NCBI RefSeq assembly: GCF_000150275.1
Contig: NW_002060955.1
Coordinates: 1,284,287-1,348,286 of the forward strand
From: Trichoplax adhaerens
Lineage: Eukaryota; Animalia; Placozoa
DNA: 64,000 nt
Reading direction: 5' to 3'
The position numbers and the translations under genes were made by a program. The first letter of the stretch is position 1; each line of letters starts with the position of its first letter. Positions 24,340 to 38,109 of this stretch are shown piece by piece. Below the pieces are notes generated by a model, which was given only the letters and a program-made list of their open reading frames with translations, ran no database searches and had not been told where the DNA came from.

Positions 24340-26766
24340 TTACGCATCAGAGAAGTAGAATTTTTTAGAAAGAGAACTTTCAAACAATGGTTGCTGCACA
24401 CAAGACTTGCTTTCTTTGTCAAGTACATAATTTTGTAGCCTACGGTTTACATTAGTTAGCATATCCAATAAACCGAAACTTTTATAATTCGATTCCAGTT
24501 CTCTTACGAATTCCTGAATGAACCACGATCCATTTTCTGTATCCCTTAAGGACTGAAAATCCTGTACGGTCAAGTAAGCCATTAGAAAATCACTGTAGGG
24601 GTGCCTCAAATTACCAGGTTTATCGGAATTACTGATATTATCCGTCGCATATAAAGTGTCTGAAGGATTTGGAACGGGGATACCTTCACCCTGATCGTTA
24701 CCACGGCAAGCCTACAGTAGACCCGAAAAATATAAATAATTAAATAATAGATAATTAAGATATCAAATATGATACTATATCTCGCTCTTTAGATCTGTTC
24801 AATTTCTATAGATAATTTGAAGAGAACGGTACCCTTAATTACAACATGAAGGTAAACTAGAAATTATATGTAAATCATTCACAGTAAGTACGGCATTGAA
24901 AAAATAAATAATTTCCAATTTCCACGATTACTTTCCATGCCGGTATATGTACGGGCACGTTAAATTCATCTGTCAAAAATAGATGCACCTGTGTAATAAA
25001 AATCTTTGGCTTTCCCACCAATGACGGGCATTTATGGCCGGAAAATTGATCATATACATCTTGTAGATAAATTTCACCTCTGTCTTTCGCAATTATACAA
25101 TCTACAACATCTTTTTTGTCGTTCTTGTCAGTTATAAGTTTTCTGTTACCATGGCTAAGAAAAACGCAGATAAAGCTATCGTAGTTGACGTGTGCACCAG
25201 TAGCAGAATACTCTTGGATTTTCTGTTCAATTTCTGCCTTAAGCAAAGAGTAGTTACAGTGACTAAAATTAATATATAATTCACAATGAGAAACAAAAAT
25301 ATGTGTACTTTAAATAAAGTTGAAGAAAGTTGTATTCATAATAAGCATACAAGTATCTACTTTCGCCGCTTAGATTATCTCAACATAATAATAAAATTAC
25401 TTTTATTTTTACCCACATTTCGCGACAGAGAATAAATCGATTTCAAATAATTTACTTATTTTTAATCATACATAACGTACTCACACTTGGTTAAATATCA
25501 CAGCAATTCCATGAGGTTTTTTATTCATTAAATAACAAGGCATCTTCGTCAACTTTTGAGGACTTGTTGCAGGACCGCTCAAACAATTGCCTAGAATTTT
25601 GATCAGACGAAAGTATATACTAATTTACGCAAACATGTCGGTAGGAATTAAAATAAAGAATATTACAGACACTGAAGGATAGATGAATAGATATTGATGT
25701 AACATAATTATATAAATATTCTTAATCGTATTTGTGATCACATAATTAATTTTAATTTGATAATAGATATTTATCTGATAACGGTTGCTAATATTTATAA
25801 TCATCTTCCTGTCCTTACCATCTCCTGCGTAAGATCTGTCTTCTCTTTGAGCAGTGGTAAATAAACCTGGCTTAGCCTGACGAAGGAGATAACCAAAGAT
25901 TTTAACATACTCTTCCCCTTTTTTTGAAATTTCTTCCCAAGTGTCATTTATCATTCTGTTTCAGAAATTAACGAGCTTAAACTTTCATACATATTCTAAT
26001 GTTAACTGAACGAGAAAGAGAAACTTAATTCTTGATCAATTTACGTTAATGATATCATCTAGCATATTCTCAAATTACTACAAACGATGAAGTAGTAGTT
26101 TAAGATAGGTATTATTACACCAATGGAGAGATGAACTATGAATTTCGTTTTCAATCCGACTTAAATTTCTAAAAATTTCCAAAGCATCTTATGATCCAAA
26201 GTTTCGAGCACCGATCTATAGCTATAAGTACCGTAGTAATTCTGTATCTGTAATATTGCTAGTACCAATGCTGGCTAAATTAGTAATATATGAGACATAT
26301 CTTGAATAATTATCCTGTGCATCTGTGGTCTATAAAATTACTTTTGAAGGTTAACAGAAGATACCAATAAGAATTTCTTTTAAACCTCAATATTTGTATA
26401 TCAAATAGTTAACTGAAATTAAATTCTATACAATTCTGAAGATTGAACATGCGATTCTTGTACCATCCTTTAAAAAGCAGGGGGAAGTTTATATCATCGC
26501 ACATATCACATCATATTGTATGGTAAATAAAGGCCAGTAAAATTTTTGGACCACAGTTATTCTAAGTAAAAGAAGAGAATAACATACTTGTAACGGTTGC
26601 TTTCGCCCTGAAATTGGTAATATTTAGTTTTACTTATGATCTTCTTTTGGTAAAGCTGGTGGTGAATCTGATTTAATTCTTGCTTGGTCAGACCATAGAG
26701 TGTGCGAAGATCTACTCCAAGTATCTCGCTCATTTTATCATCACTTAATCTATCTTCCCAACTCAT
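24340..26766 (-). CDS. Caspase with N-terminal CARD-like prodomain (initiator-type architecture)
   Basis: Exons 26766-26588, 25955-25819, 25590-25485, 25262 (or 25237)-24989 and 24711-24340. N-terminus fits a CARD pattern (LYQKKIISK..Y.....EEISKKGEEYVKIFGYLLRQAKPGL). Catalytic domain motifs: MNKKPHGIAVIFNQ, FLSHG, KPKIFITQ|ACRG, DFLMAY, GSWFIQ, QQP. The RxGSxxD segment is not found. Confidence 0.85.
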
Positions 26767-28649
26767 TTCTTCAGCCTGAAATGCAATCACCACTATTTAA
26801 TGAATCATAATTACATAATCATCATTCTTTCCAATTTAGTACTATATGAACAGTAATTTACTTTTGATTGAATTAACAAGTATCATTTTAATTATTAACA
26901 AATACTAGAATTAAAAAAGCCGTTAGTAAAATTGGTTGATATTATTACATAGGTGATTACAAGTTATATTTTCATATTGTTATATACGGTGCATCTAACA
27001 AGATAGAACAGCTGACTCATTGATTTTATTGTCAAACTCATATCAGAATTATGGATGATACATTGCGAAGATAGATGTTATTCTTCTACTGCCTGCGATT
27101 GTTGTAATTAGGTATTATTTACAGTATCAGTTGTATTCTCTAACTTATTACTGTTACGAATAGGCGCGGATATCATCCTGCGGTACAGAATAAAATAGGA
27201 TAACTGTATTGGTACTTGTTATCATAAGGGAACTATATCCAGTTAAGTGATCTGAGATATCTGTAACCAAACAGTAGCTGAAAGACTACATACTTATAAC
27301 TGTGCACATCGTCCAACCAGTCATTCAAGGATTCTAGTGTCCAGAGATACTCTCTGAATAACAAAGCTTTCTGAGATATTTATTGTGGAAAACATTAGTG
27401 GTGTATAACCTCTTACATTGCTAAGAGTAATTCTAATTCTTTTTGGATAGAAGGTAATAAACGTAACTTGTAAAGATTACAGAAGCACTACTTTATCTCT
27501 GTGTCTTTACAGGAGTACCTCGACGTTAAGTGATATATAACATATACGCATATATTCATTAAGGGCTACAATTACAACAGCGATTCATCACAGAATTTAA
27601 CTACAGATAATCTAACAGAGTATAATTTAAAATGAAACGATAATTTAAAAGAAGTCATCTAGAAATTGAGCGTGAAACATGAAGTAATGATTAACGAAAT
27701 TAACTACAATAAAAACGTTTGACGAATATTTATTCAATTTCAGTAGATCATTTTGTACATTAGATATCAGTAATTAGGACGCAGATCTTTTACAGTTACT
27801 AGCAAAGCTCCCCTTCAAATGAATATGTATTTATTCTAGATAAAGCAAGACATTTTAAAGAAATGCACGGCCAGACTATTTCTTATAACTGCATATATGA
27901 TTCCTCTAAAGCAATGCCACGTGCTTGTGTATCTATCGTGAGAGGCTTTAAGAATATGATAAGATATGCTACAATAATAGCTGATGATGAAGGAGTTTTA
28001 CGAAATGTTATCGATTAGAATAATTGCAGTACAATATCGGCGATGATTATTTCAAGGATAGAAAATCGGCTAAGTATCTCCAAATTCAAACTTCTAACCT
28101 ACGATTGTGTTTGCTTGTGATAATTACAAAAACAGGAAGATGTGTCAATGTTCTTCGTGTTGGTAGAGTTCTTTCTACAACGAATGCAACGTTAGAGGAT
28201 AACAACTATATAAATAACATTCCTTACTTCACTATAGTTCTATTAAGTTGATAGTTTTGTTAGTCATAATAGAAGCGGATGCGGATAGAATTATTATGCA
28301 AATCTAATATTATGTAAATAGTATGTATTTTATTCATGTTATCGTTAATTGGCTGTAAAATCTTGCCTCTACAGTGATATTAAATGAATATATTTAATAA
28401 TATCCGATCGAAAGTAATGTAGCGGTAGTTAATAATAGAAAAAAGCATTGTTTATGTCAGCCTATTGTATACCCAGCAGAATCAGCTAGTTCATTAAGCA
28501 ATCAGCAATGAAATTGTTACCAGCTATTATACGCTACTGTATATTAAATATTAGATTATGTGATTTCCCATTAGCAATCATTTATAGCATATTACTGCAA
28601 TAAATTTACTGAAGTTGTGATTTCACATAACTTTAGTATTAGTTCTTTA

Positions 28650-29540
28650 TAGCACGCTATGATGTGGCTAGCTGGTTTATTTTTAATCGATATATTTGAT
28701 ATTTCTACGATTTATGTTTGCAATTAATTTATAACGGGTAAGTATAGACATCATTATTACGTATTTTTTAGTAGGCATACGTCACAAATAAGATTATAAC
28801 TAACATTTTGTTGTAAAAATTTACATAATCAAAAATATTTAAAGAGATAATTCTAACGGATTTATGCTTATCATCATTCCGTATAGTTTTCAGCTTCAAA
28901 TGTTACACAGAATTCCTTGTTACACTATCGCACATATAATGACTTCCTATTCTTGCTATGAAATTTACGCATATTGAAATATTAATAATGTTCTTACATA
29001 CTACACTCTGATAACTCGAAATTAAGCGCTATTATCAAATATTCACGCTATATGTTGATTTACTATCGATAGTTTTACAGCGAATTTACTAATAGTGTGA
29101 TCTTAGATAACTTATGTATTAGTTTTCATATCATGCTTCTACGATGTGATGTGATAATCTTATTTTATTTCTAGTAGACACATTTGCTATTTCTACAATC
29201 TATACTTAACAATAATTTATAACAGGCAACACATTTCTAATAGGCATATGTTATAAATAACATTATAGCTGACGCTTTATTGTAAAAATTTTGTATAAAC
29301 AAAAATGTATAAAACAGATAATTGCATTGGATTTATTACTATCCTTATTCTTTAATTTTCGGCTTCAGACGTCATGTAGAGTTTCATATTATACTAATGC
29401 ACATATAACGACTTCCTAGTGTAACTATAAAATTTTCCCATATTAAAATATTAATACAGTTCTTATATTCTGCTCTACATGATAACGCGATATCGAACAC
29501 TATCAAGCACTCACCCTACACGTTGATTTACAATCCAAAG
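28650..29540. repeat. Degenerate tandem duplication, period ~470 bp, between the caspase genes
   Basis: taggcata...aaataa.attata.ct at ~28771 and ~29241; gcacatataa.gacttccta at ~28930 and ~29399. Confidence 0.7.
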
Positions 29541-30067
29541 TGTTACCATATAAATACGGATAAGGCTGCATAAATTCAATTTACACACCGTTCCACAATT
29601 CTTAAATTGTTACAATGTCATCATGTACATTACATTCAATTTTCGCTATCTTCTAGAAGAACATTATCCACAAAATTAATTTTAAACGCTCATTGTCGAT
29701 CTTGCCCGGGCTATATGGAACCTTCGTAGTGTTTATATGGATTCTTATTGAGTACAGCAGCCTTAGCATAAAGCTTAAAAATTAGGTTTCTAAATTTGTC
29801 TCAAGCCATAGATAGGTATAAAGCAATAAAGTGAATTTGTAGCGCTTGTATCATGGTAAAAGGGACAACGGAAGAGTGTCCAGCTGTAAATCAAGTACCT
29901 TTATAATTACTTTGGTCATTTACTTATCTTAGAAGCAAGAAATAAATCTACACATACAAATGATGCGTCATTCAAGAAGGCAAGTATCAAAAGTATATAA
30001 AAGGACTTACAACGCGAGCAGAGGTAATAAATTATGGGAGTATAATGATATTTACGGAGTGAAATTT

Positions 30068-32110
30068 TTATTGCGCTGAAGATGTAGTTGAAGGCTTAGC
30101 ATAATATGCTCCTCCAATAATTGCAGCTTCTGGTGAGAAATAGACATCTCGGCGAAGTCTACATACAATCGATGGTGATTGCTTCCTCACTTTTCTATCA
30201 TTACCGATACCTGGTGATTCTCGCCTAGCCATCAGGTCATTAACACGAGTAAACATTCGCAATAAATCCATACGAGAATGATATTTAGTGAGGATGGTCA
30301 CTAAATCCTGAATAAACCAGGATCCAAGATCCATATTTCGAAACGCTTTATAATTATTTGTTGTGGCGTAAGCTAAAAGGAAATCACTCTCAGATGGTAG
30401 TTTATATCCAAATTTGTCGACAGCTGAGTTATTTTCTTCACTATGGGGTGAATCAACAATATCTACTCCAAGGTCGTATTTTTTACCTCGACAAGCCTAG
30501 AAATAGGATAAAATATATATCTGTTTACCTTCGACTGTAGCATTTCATACTATATTTTACTGTACTATATAGCACTAGTTATGTTGATCATCTTGCACAA
30601 ATGACAAGTTAGTTCAATATAACAACTGGATTTATTTTCCAATATTTACAGTTCCATAAAGATAGAACAGTTAATTTACCAAGTTATTAATTTTGACCTC
30701 ACCTGAATGATAAAAATTTTAGGTTTACCAGCTAATGTTGGACATTCATGACCTTGAAACTGAGCAAAGATCTTTTCAAGATCAACAGCGCCATCGCTTC
30801 CACATATATAACGATATATTCCATGGCTAAGAAAGATGCAAACAAAGCTATCATAATTTCCATGATCGATTTGTTTGGAATAATAATTAATTTTATCTTC
30901 AATCTGTTGCGTAGTAAAATCGTTAAATATTTCAACGATATAATCAAGACTTCGAAATAAAGTGTCCAGCTTTTCAACATCAACATGGCTGCCACTTCTG
31001 TCTTCCAAATTTGAGTCTGGTAAAAATTTCCTGTCATAAAGAATTTAATAATATTGGTTATAATCGTCTCATTCGTTTAGTAAAATTAAAATCGAATAAA
31101 ACGCATGGAATTACATGTATCACCTTAGCTTTATGAGTGATTAAATACTGCATCAATAATCAATCTTAGCAGAGATATTCATTTGGAGTAATGGATGAAA
31201 TTTATAAATCTAGCACTGCGCAGTTTGTTATTTGAAATTAAAATCTAACAGAATGCATGGAATACACGTATGGTCAGATATATTCATTTAAAGTAATAGG
31301 TGAGATTTGCAGATCTAATATAAAGAGGTTTATAATTTGTAACTTAATTGTCGTGAAGTGGGTTTTCCTACAAAATACTTATCTTGTTTTTGTCAGATAA
31401 CATAGTATTATCTATGACGTTAATTATATTTTTAATGGATAACTGCATAGTTTATAATATTATCCATAAACTGATAATTAATATTTATGTCAATTTACTA
31501 TAAATTGAATAATTTTTAAAGAAAGTTTGAGTTCAGTTATGTCTAAGAGAGAATAGTGTTGTACTACTGTTCCTCCTGATGATAGGAGATCGTTAGTGCT
31601 TATAATAGTACTGCATGTTAATGTAAGGAAGAACAAACCTGACGGTAGACTCATAGTGTAATTCTGTAATAGGTTTATCTTTTTCCTCGTTACAAATTTC
31701 CATTTTTAACACTGATCTAAACTACGAAGATATTTACTACAGTATATTCTGCAACGTGTAGCTATAAAGTATTACCTCATCAACACTAATAGAAGAATAG
31801 CAAGATTTAAAATAGGAACTATCGTTCATAATCATAACGTGAGAAAATTCTTAAAGTCATGAAAATGATACTAGTACATCCCATCATCATCAAAAATGGC
31901 GTTTAATAACTAACATAGGAATGAAGATAGTATTTAATATTTCTTAACAGTATTTTAGTACACTTACTCTTGATTGAACACAGCTGCATAACCATGTGGC
32001 TTTTTATCCATAGTATAAACGCAATTATCTGACTGTATTACCTTTTGCTCCAAAATTTGTTGCACATTTAAATCTTGGACTGAATTTTCCTTTTCATCAT
32101 AGCTATCCAT
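30068..32110 (-). CDS. Short-prodomain caspase (caspase-3/7-like, effector-type architecture)
   Basis: Exons 32110-31968, 31030-30703 and 30496-30068. Motifs: YTMDKKPHGYAAVFNQ, RSGSHVD, FLSHG, KPKIFIIQ|ACRG, linker DIVD/SAVD, DFLLAY, AFRN, GSWFIQ, KQSP. An in-frame TAA lies upstream of the ATG. Confidence 0.92.
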
Positions 32111-34189
32111 GGCAAATATCGGTATAATTTTATGTCCTTGATTTCGTTGAAAATGGAATTAACTGTAAATTGTAAGTTAAATCACACAAAATTGTTGGTT
32201 AAATACGTGAAGACAGACTTATTAACCCTGTATAAAAGTAAAGTTTACTGACTCCATTATGGATATCTTGCGAATACTACCCAACAGAATAATGCATGAT
32301 ACTCCTGAATATAATGAAAGGAATAACAGGAACATAAAGTATTAAGGGAATAGCCTTGCTCAGTAGAAGTACTGCATTTAATTTAGGATATTAATTTAAT
32401 TACAGTAAGAAATTGTTAGAGATTTTTCATGTTAAAAGTATATTGCGAACAGACTAACACTATCACTGTTCATAGTAGCTAAGCTTCGGTTCCTACGTTA
32501 ATAAATAATGACTTATTCGAAGATCCTTTCTAAAATAGATTTTTATTACAAGAATCTGGTTTATAATTTTGTTAGCAGTCTATTCAGTAGGATTTATACG
32601 TAGTAGCACAATGATATAATCGGTTTGAAACTGTTACCAAAAACCTCTTATGCTTGCAATGAGACATTTTAGTACTATTAATAATGACTGTTTTATTAAA
32701 TACTACAACGAAATTTATTAAAGCAATTTATAGTGAACAGAATACAACGTTCAATTATCGTAAATTCATGGAAAAATTCCGAATAAAGGAACCACTATAA
32801 AAGTAAGTATTAACGTATTCCATTGAGTTACTACTTCAAATATTCTGAAAAAATTATATGTAGTTAGTCACCAAGTACTATCAATAATTATAGCTACAGT
32901 AGAAAATTTTTTGTATCTACAAAAGTATATGAAAATTTTTTTCTTACTCTAAGTATAAGAAAGTCGAAATTGTAAGTTATGGTGGTGGTTTGTGACTGAA
33001 AGAAAGAAATTTTTAATTTCTAGTGTTTAATATCATGTGTACCTACTGGTATTAATGGTTATCCATTTTACCTGATCAAAAATTGAAGTTATATAACCAG
33101 AGTGGAGAGTAAGCCACTACAACTTAAAACAAATATTAAATTACTTGGATTGCACAGAATTAAAATTATTCTGCTCTATATCTGTAGAATGTCTACAATT
33201 TTTTTTAATAGCAGTCTATAAGATAAGATCCCTTGATCGTGTTTTCATGTTACTGATGAAATGCTAGTTCGTATGAATTGCTAATCTAGGGCGTCATGTT
33301 TTGATTACTTTAATGAATGATGGCATGCATACGTTTAGCCAATGAGATATTTATTCCCTGCTGTTATTTGAGTCTCTCCAATATTTATTCTATTCCATTT
33401 GTTACTACCTTAATCATCGTTATAGGTCTTTGAAATTATTTTTGTTTTGTATCTATCCTTCGTAGAATATCCCATTCTCCATGTATTAAGATTATCTTGA
33501 AGGCTTCATTCGCTTTTTAGATATATTTGCTTTACTGTCATAATCATTTTCTGCTAACGGAGGTGCAAGCCATACTCTGTTTTAAATGAATGATTCAAAT
33601 CCCAACATAACTCCTAACTTCGTGGAGGGATATTTTCATATTTTCCTATTCATAATCCTAGCAATATACGGTTGTATCACTACGAAAATTCGATCAATTA
33701 CAATGATTTCGCATATTAGAAATTCAGCTATTACTAGTAGTAATCGTGGGTAACAAGAAGACTAGTAAATCATAGTTTAATAGTGAAGGTATTGTTCTGC
33801 CATAATTCAGTTCTAATGTGTATCATAGTGACCAATAAAATTCATTCTGTCACATAATTTTAAGATCTAATGGCGGAGAGCTAATTCAGCAATTGGGCTT
33901 ATACAATTTATCAGCTTATTACACTGCGATCGTTTAATCGTGTATTTTATATCAAGTTCTCTCTGGCAATCGTGGTAAACTGATATGAGGCGTTAAAAGT
34001 TAGGAACAGTCCTACTATTAGATAAGGTTTAGTGATGTTTTATTGATAATGCCTTATATGCGTTAGTTTACAATTAAGACGACATGAAGCAAAGTAAATA
34101 TAAGAATTTTAAAGGCGACAGATTTTAAGAAATTAAAAATAACAACCAATGAATAGAATAATGTCATTATGAAATGACAAATTGACCGT

Positions 34190-34860
34190 TGCCAACAAAG
34201 CATAAGTCTTGAAAGGCAATCTTTTGCCCAAGCTAGATTTTAGGAAATAATTTCGATAAAGCTACTTTATACCATATGACCGCAGGTAGTGCTATCCATT
34301 GAGCTAACGGCGACATCGCATTATAGGATGAGATTATATGCAATTAAAAAGATCTTCTCTTCGAAAGGCAGTTTTCTGTCTAGCTAAACTTATGAAATAA
34401 TATCGTTAATGCTACTTTACACCATCTGATCACAGATAGTGCTGTCCCTTAAGCTGATAGATAGCCATTTTAATAGTGAATAGCCGCTAATAGCGTAATA
34501 ATCCTAGTTAATAGTAACCTTGTGTTTAGGATGAGATTATATGCTAGTAATAATGATCTTCTAGTATTATGTAAATATTAGACGATAGATGCTATGGAAA
34601 TCTGTAAGCTATTTGTATAATTTACGTCCACAACATACCTTTGCCAACTATAAATGATCTTCAAATATTATGTAAATAATGGACGATAGATACTGTAGAA
34701 ATCTGTAAGCTATTTGTATAATTTACGCTTACAGCATACCTTTGCTAAGCAAAAACGATCTTCTAGCCTTATGTAAATATTGGACGATAGACTCTATAAA
34801 ACTTTGTTTTACTATTTGTGTTGTTTCTGCCCACGACATACCTTTGCTGCTAGGATAGCA
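34190..34860. repeat. Nested degenerate tandem repeats (~155-bp duplication followed by ~100-bp x3)
   Basis: gaaaggca.t.ttt...aagct...aaataat twice; gatctt...tatgtaaata...gacgataga...ctatttgt...cataccttt three times. Confidence 0.75.
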
Positions 34861-35689
34861 ATACAGAAAACAAAAAAATTCGGAGTAGGATTGCTCGCTG
34901 TGGCACTAATCAATCACTTACTTTCATAGCAAATCATAATCCATGCGATATACATATATATCCGTTGATGTATTTATTACATGATGTGCGATAGTTATAA
35001 TCCTGTACAGTATTTAAATCTCGAAATTGAATACTTCATGTCGGAGTAACAAGATTTGTAATGAAGACAAAAATTTTATTTATGCTCTGATAGTCAATAT
35101 AAGCAGTTTAACTGCATGGCAGCAAAGGAACATCGTTGTGAAGCCAAGGCCTTGGTTCTCTACTTTGCCATTTAAAGGTTTATGAACTCTAAAATGAGCG
35201 TTAAATAATTTTAGCTCGGCACTTTTTATATAACATGACAAAGTCGAGCCTTGACTAAAAGCTTAGTGGAATCATAAAGCCTGATACTACTAGAATTTAG
35301 CATATCAAAGCAAACTCAAGCTTGAATAATGGTAGCAAGGATAACATAAGCTTACCGAAAGCGTAGAATAAAAAATGTTCTTTTCCAGAATTATCTTGTC
35401 TTCAATTTCTACCAATAACGATCAATATTTGCTTTTATATTGGGCAAGCAAAGCGAGAATAATTATCCATTATGTAACCCTAACAATTTAGTTTCGACAT
35501 GGATGTTATATACATACCATGTTAATATATTTACGTAATACTTTATCTTGATACTTTGGTATGATATCGTAGATTATAGGTGTATAAGTATAGAGGTCAC
35601 TGTTGTAACTATTCGCGAATTGACAACCAATTTTGGCTGTATAATAAATACCGCTAAAAGCTATTTGCCATAGATGGCCAATATTAATG

Positions 35690-36125
35690 TCTCCTACTGA
35701 GAAATCTATTTAACTCTGAAAAATTTTCCACATGGAAATATAATCGCAATTTGTAATTTGTTATATGGAGATTACCAAAAATTTCACTAACTTGGAAATG
35801 TAAAACCGTCATTAATTTCTCATCTGGAGATTAGTGGCAATTAAGCTCACATACAAGTATAAAATCATTCGTAGTTTCGCGTCTGGAGATTAACGGTAAT
35901 TTAGCCGTATAGAAACACCACGCCATTCGTAATTTCTCATCTGGAGATTAGCGAAAACTTAACTTATACAGAATTATAAAACCATCCGTAATTTCTCATC
36001 TGGCGATTAGCGAAAATTTTGCCTATACAGAAGCATAAAACCAACCGTAATTTCTCACATGGAGATTAGCGAAAATTTAGCTCACACAGAAATACAAAAC
36101 CATCGGTAATTTTTCATCTGCAGAT
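35690..36125. repeat. 59-bp tandem repeat, about 7 copies, downstream of the second GPCR
   Basis: taatttctcatctggagattag-like motif at ~59-bp spacing (35823, 35882, 35940, 35999, 36058, 36117). Confidence 0.88.
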
Positions 36126-36441
36126 TGCTTTCCGTAAAAGAATTTCTAAATGAGAACGTATTCATTATTGAATAGATTAATGGATTAGCTTCTACTTTAT
36201 ATTGCGATGTTTTTTTGAAAGATCAGCTTTCGTTGATTCTTGCTTCAAAAATAAGTGTGTCATGTTTGCGAAAATGTTCTATGGATACTATTGACTAGAA
36301 TAGATTTTATAAAACATTTATTACAATATTCCTACGCTCTTGATCATCAATGCAACGTAGAATTTTAAATCTATTTGTATTTTTCAATGGGAATAAATCA
36401 TTCATCACTTTGAATATGTCATTAATCAGTTTTGATATTTC

Positions 36442-37446
36442 TTATGCTATGTTGGATAATATTTGAGCTATAGATTGAATTGACCTAGATAACTTTTTTT
36501 TCATAACATGGCGCATACATGGTGTGAAATAAACATACAAGATTGGGTTGACAGCTGGATAGGAAAAGGCCAAGTATTGAAAATTGCGAATAAGTATTAA
36601 TGTGTGAACACTGGCAATGGATGTTGCATAGTAAACTAGGAAGAGGATGATGTAAGGTAACCAAAAGAGAATAAATAAACCGATTAAAGCTATCATATAT
36701 TTGATCGCTCGAAGATTACGGTGAAATGCGGAAATCGTCACTGAATTTGAGCGTACGATGCCTTCTTGGCGTCTTTGGGTATGATTATTAACAATCCATA
36801 ATATTCTTGAATAAGTAACGATTAAAACAGCTAAAGGCAAGAAAAAGAGGATGACAAAGACTGTACATAAATAATTATAATAGATTTCACTACGTTGTTG
36901 GGCTGCACATTTTCCTGGTGATGGAATAAGGAAAGTAAAGAGTGGTATGTAAGCTGTGAAAGAACTTAAAACCCAGACAGAAGCTATGGCTAACTTGGCT
37001 ATAACACGTGATTGTGGTCTTTGATACGTAAAGGGCGAAGTAAAACAGAAATAGCGATCTAAACTTACTAACGCCAAGTGCAAATTGAAATTAATGATTA
37101 ACCCTGAGCCAGTCATGGGTAAAATTAAGCACGCAAAGGAATGATACAGGTTCCACTTGAAGAATATTACCCAACGAGGTAATAAATAAGCAATTGCAAA
37201 AGCAATGCCTGCACAAAACATACTTGCTAATATCCAATTCGACATGGTATGTAGTTTTCGTTCTTTAATGACGAGACATAACATGCTAACATTGGTTAAG
37301 AGAGTTAAACCAGTAATGATAGCATAAATATTACTATCGGGCAAGAGTGATATATAGATTGTAGAATTGATGGTATAATTACTAACTGCAACTAGCGGTG
37401 AAGTCGGTTTTATATCATTCATCTTTAATGTTGCTAGTTCTTCCAT
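36442..37446 (-). CDS. Intronless class A orphan GPCR, 334 aa, paralogue of 14842-15858
   Basis: Shares ERKLHTMSNWILASMFC, LIINFNLHL.LVSLDRY, YSRILWIVN.HTQRR and RNLRAI with the first GPCR; FWLP in TM6, NPILY in TM7. Confidence 0.93.
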   Translation of the reverse strand: MEELATLKMNDIKPTSPLVAVSNYTINSTIYISLLPDSNIYAIITGLTLLTNVSMLCLVIKERKLHTMSNWILASMFCAGIAFAIAYLLPRWVIFFKWNLYHSFACLILPMTGSGLIINFNLHLALVSLDRYFCFTSPFTYQRPQSRVIAKLAIASVWVLSSFTAYIPLFTFLIPSPGKCAAQQRSEIYYNYLCTVFVILFFLPLAVLIVTYSRILWIVNNHTQRRQEGIVRSNSVTISAFHRNLRAIKYMIALIGLFILFWLPYIILFLVYYATSIASVHTLILIRNFQYLAFSYPAVNPILYVYFTPCMRHVMKKKLSRSIQSIAQILSNIA

Positions 37447-38109
37447 CTCTTCAAAGTAATTTTCTTTTCGATTTCGGTTATATGAGGCAAAAGAATTTGA
37501 TGATTTTCTCGTTAATTTTCTACATTAAAGAACATAAAATTAAAATTATTCTTTCTTGGCAAATATTTCATGAAGAACTAATTTAGCTAAACAATAATTA
37601 AATTTTAGAATATAGTAGAATGGATAGCAAATGAAGATAGGTTTTTTAATATTGAAGACTGAGGAATTCTTTATTTTGTAAATATCAAACCAATACCGGA
37701 TCAAACTGGTATATTTGTAAATGGTGTTGACAAATTTTAGGGATGAAAACAGATTTTGGTAGAGTAATTTACGCTAGCTTTCACTTCCGATGTTATTAAT
37801 AACTGTTATATGGACGACAAAGTTGATAGAAATAAGCTTTCAAGTCGTTGTCACCGTAAATAAAAATATCCAGCTTCAATCAATTTCTAATTAGAGCGAC
37901 ACCAAACATCATATTTAAGAGATTGAGCAGTTTAATATAGAAGTCCGTGATTTACTAATAATATGGTATAAGCACCGATATTCTGAGACGTTAATATATC
38001 GCCACGCTCAATCAATTTAAACCACTATACGCTTACCTCGTGTTCAAATTTATAATGTATGGATCTACAACTTTTTAACACCCCCAATGATAAAATAGAG
38101 AAAAGAATG

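Noticed and set aside
35690-36125. Regularly spaced 59-bp repeats (and the ~63-bp GNAT arrays) as CRISPR-like arrays
   Set aside because: Whole units are homologous with no unique spacers; no cas genes; eukaryotic context.
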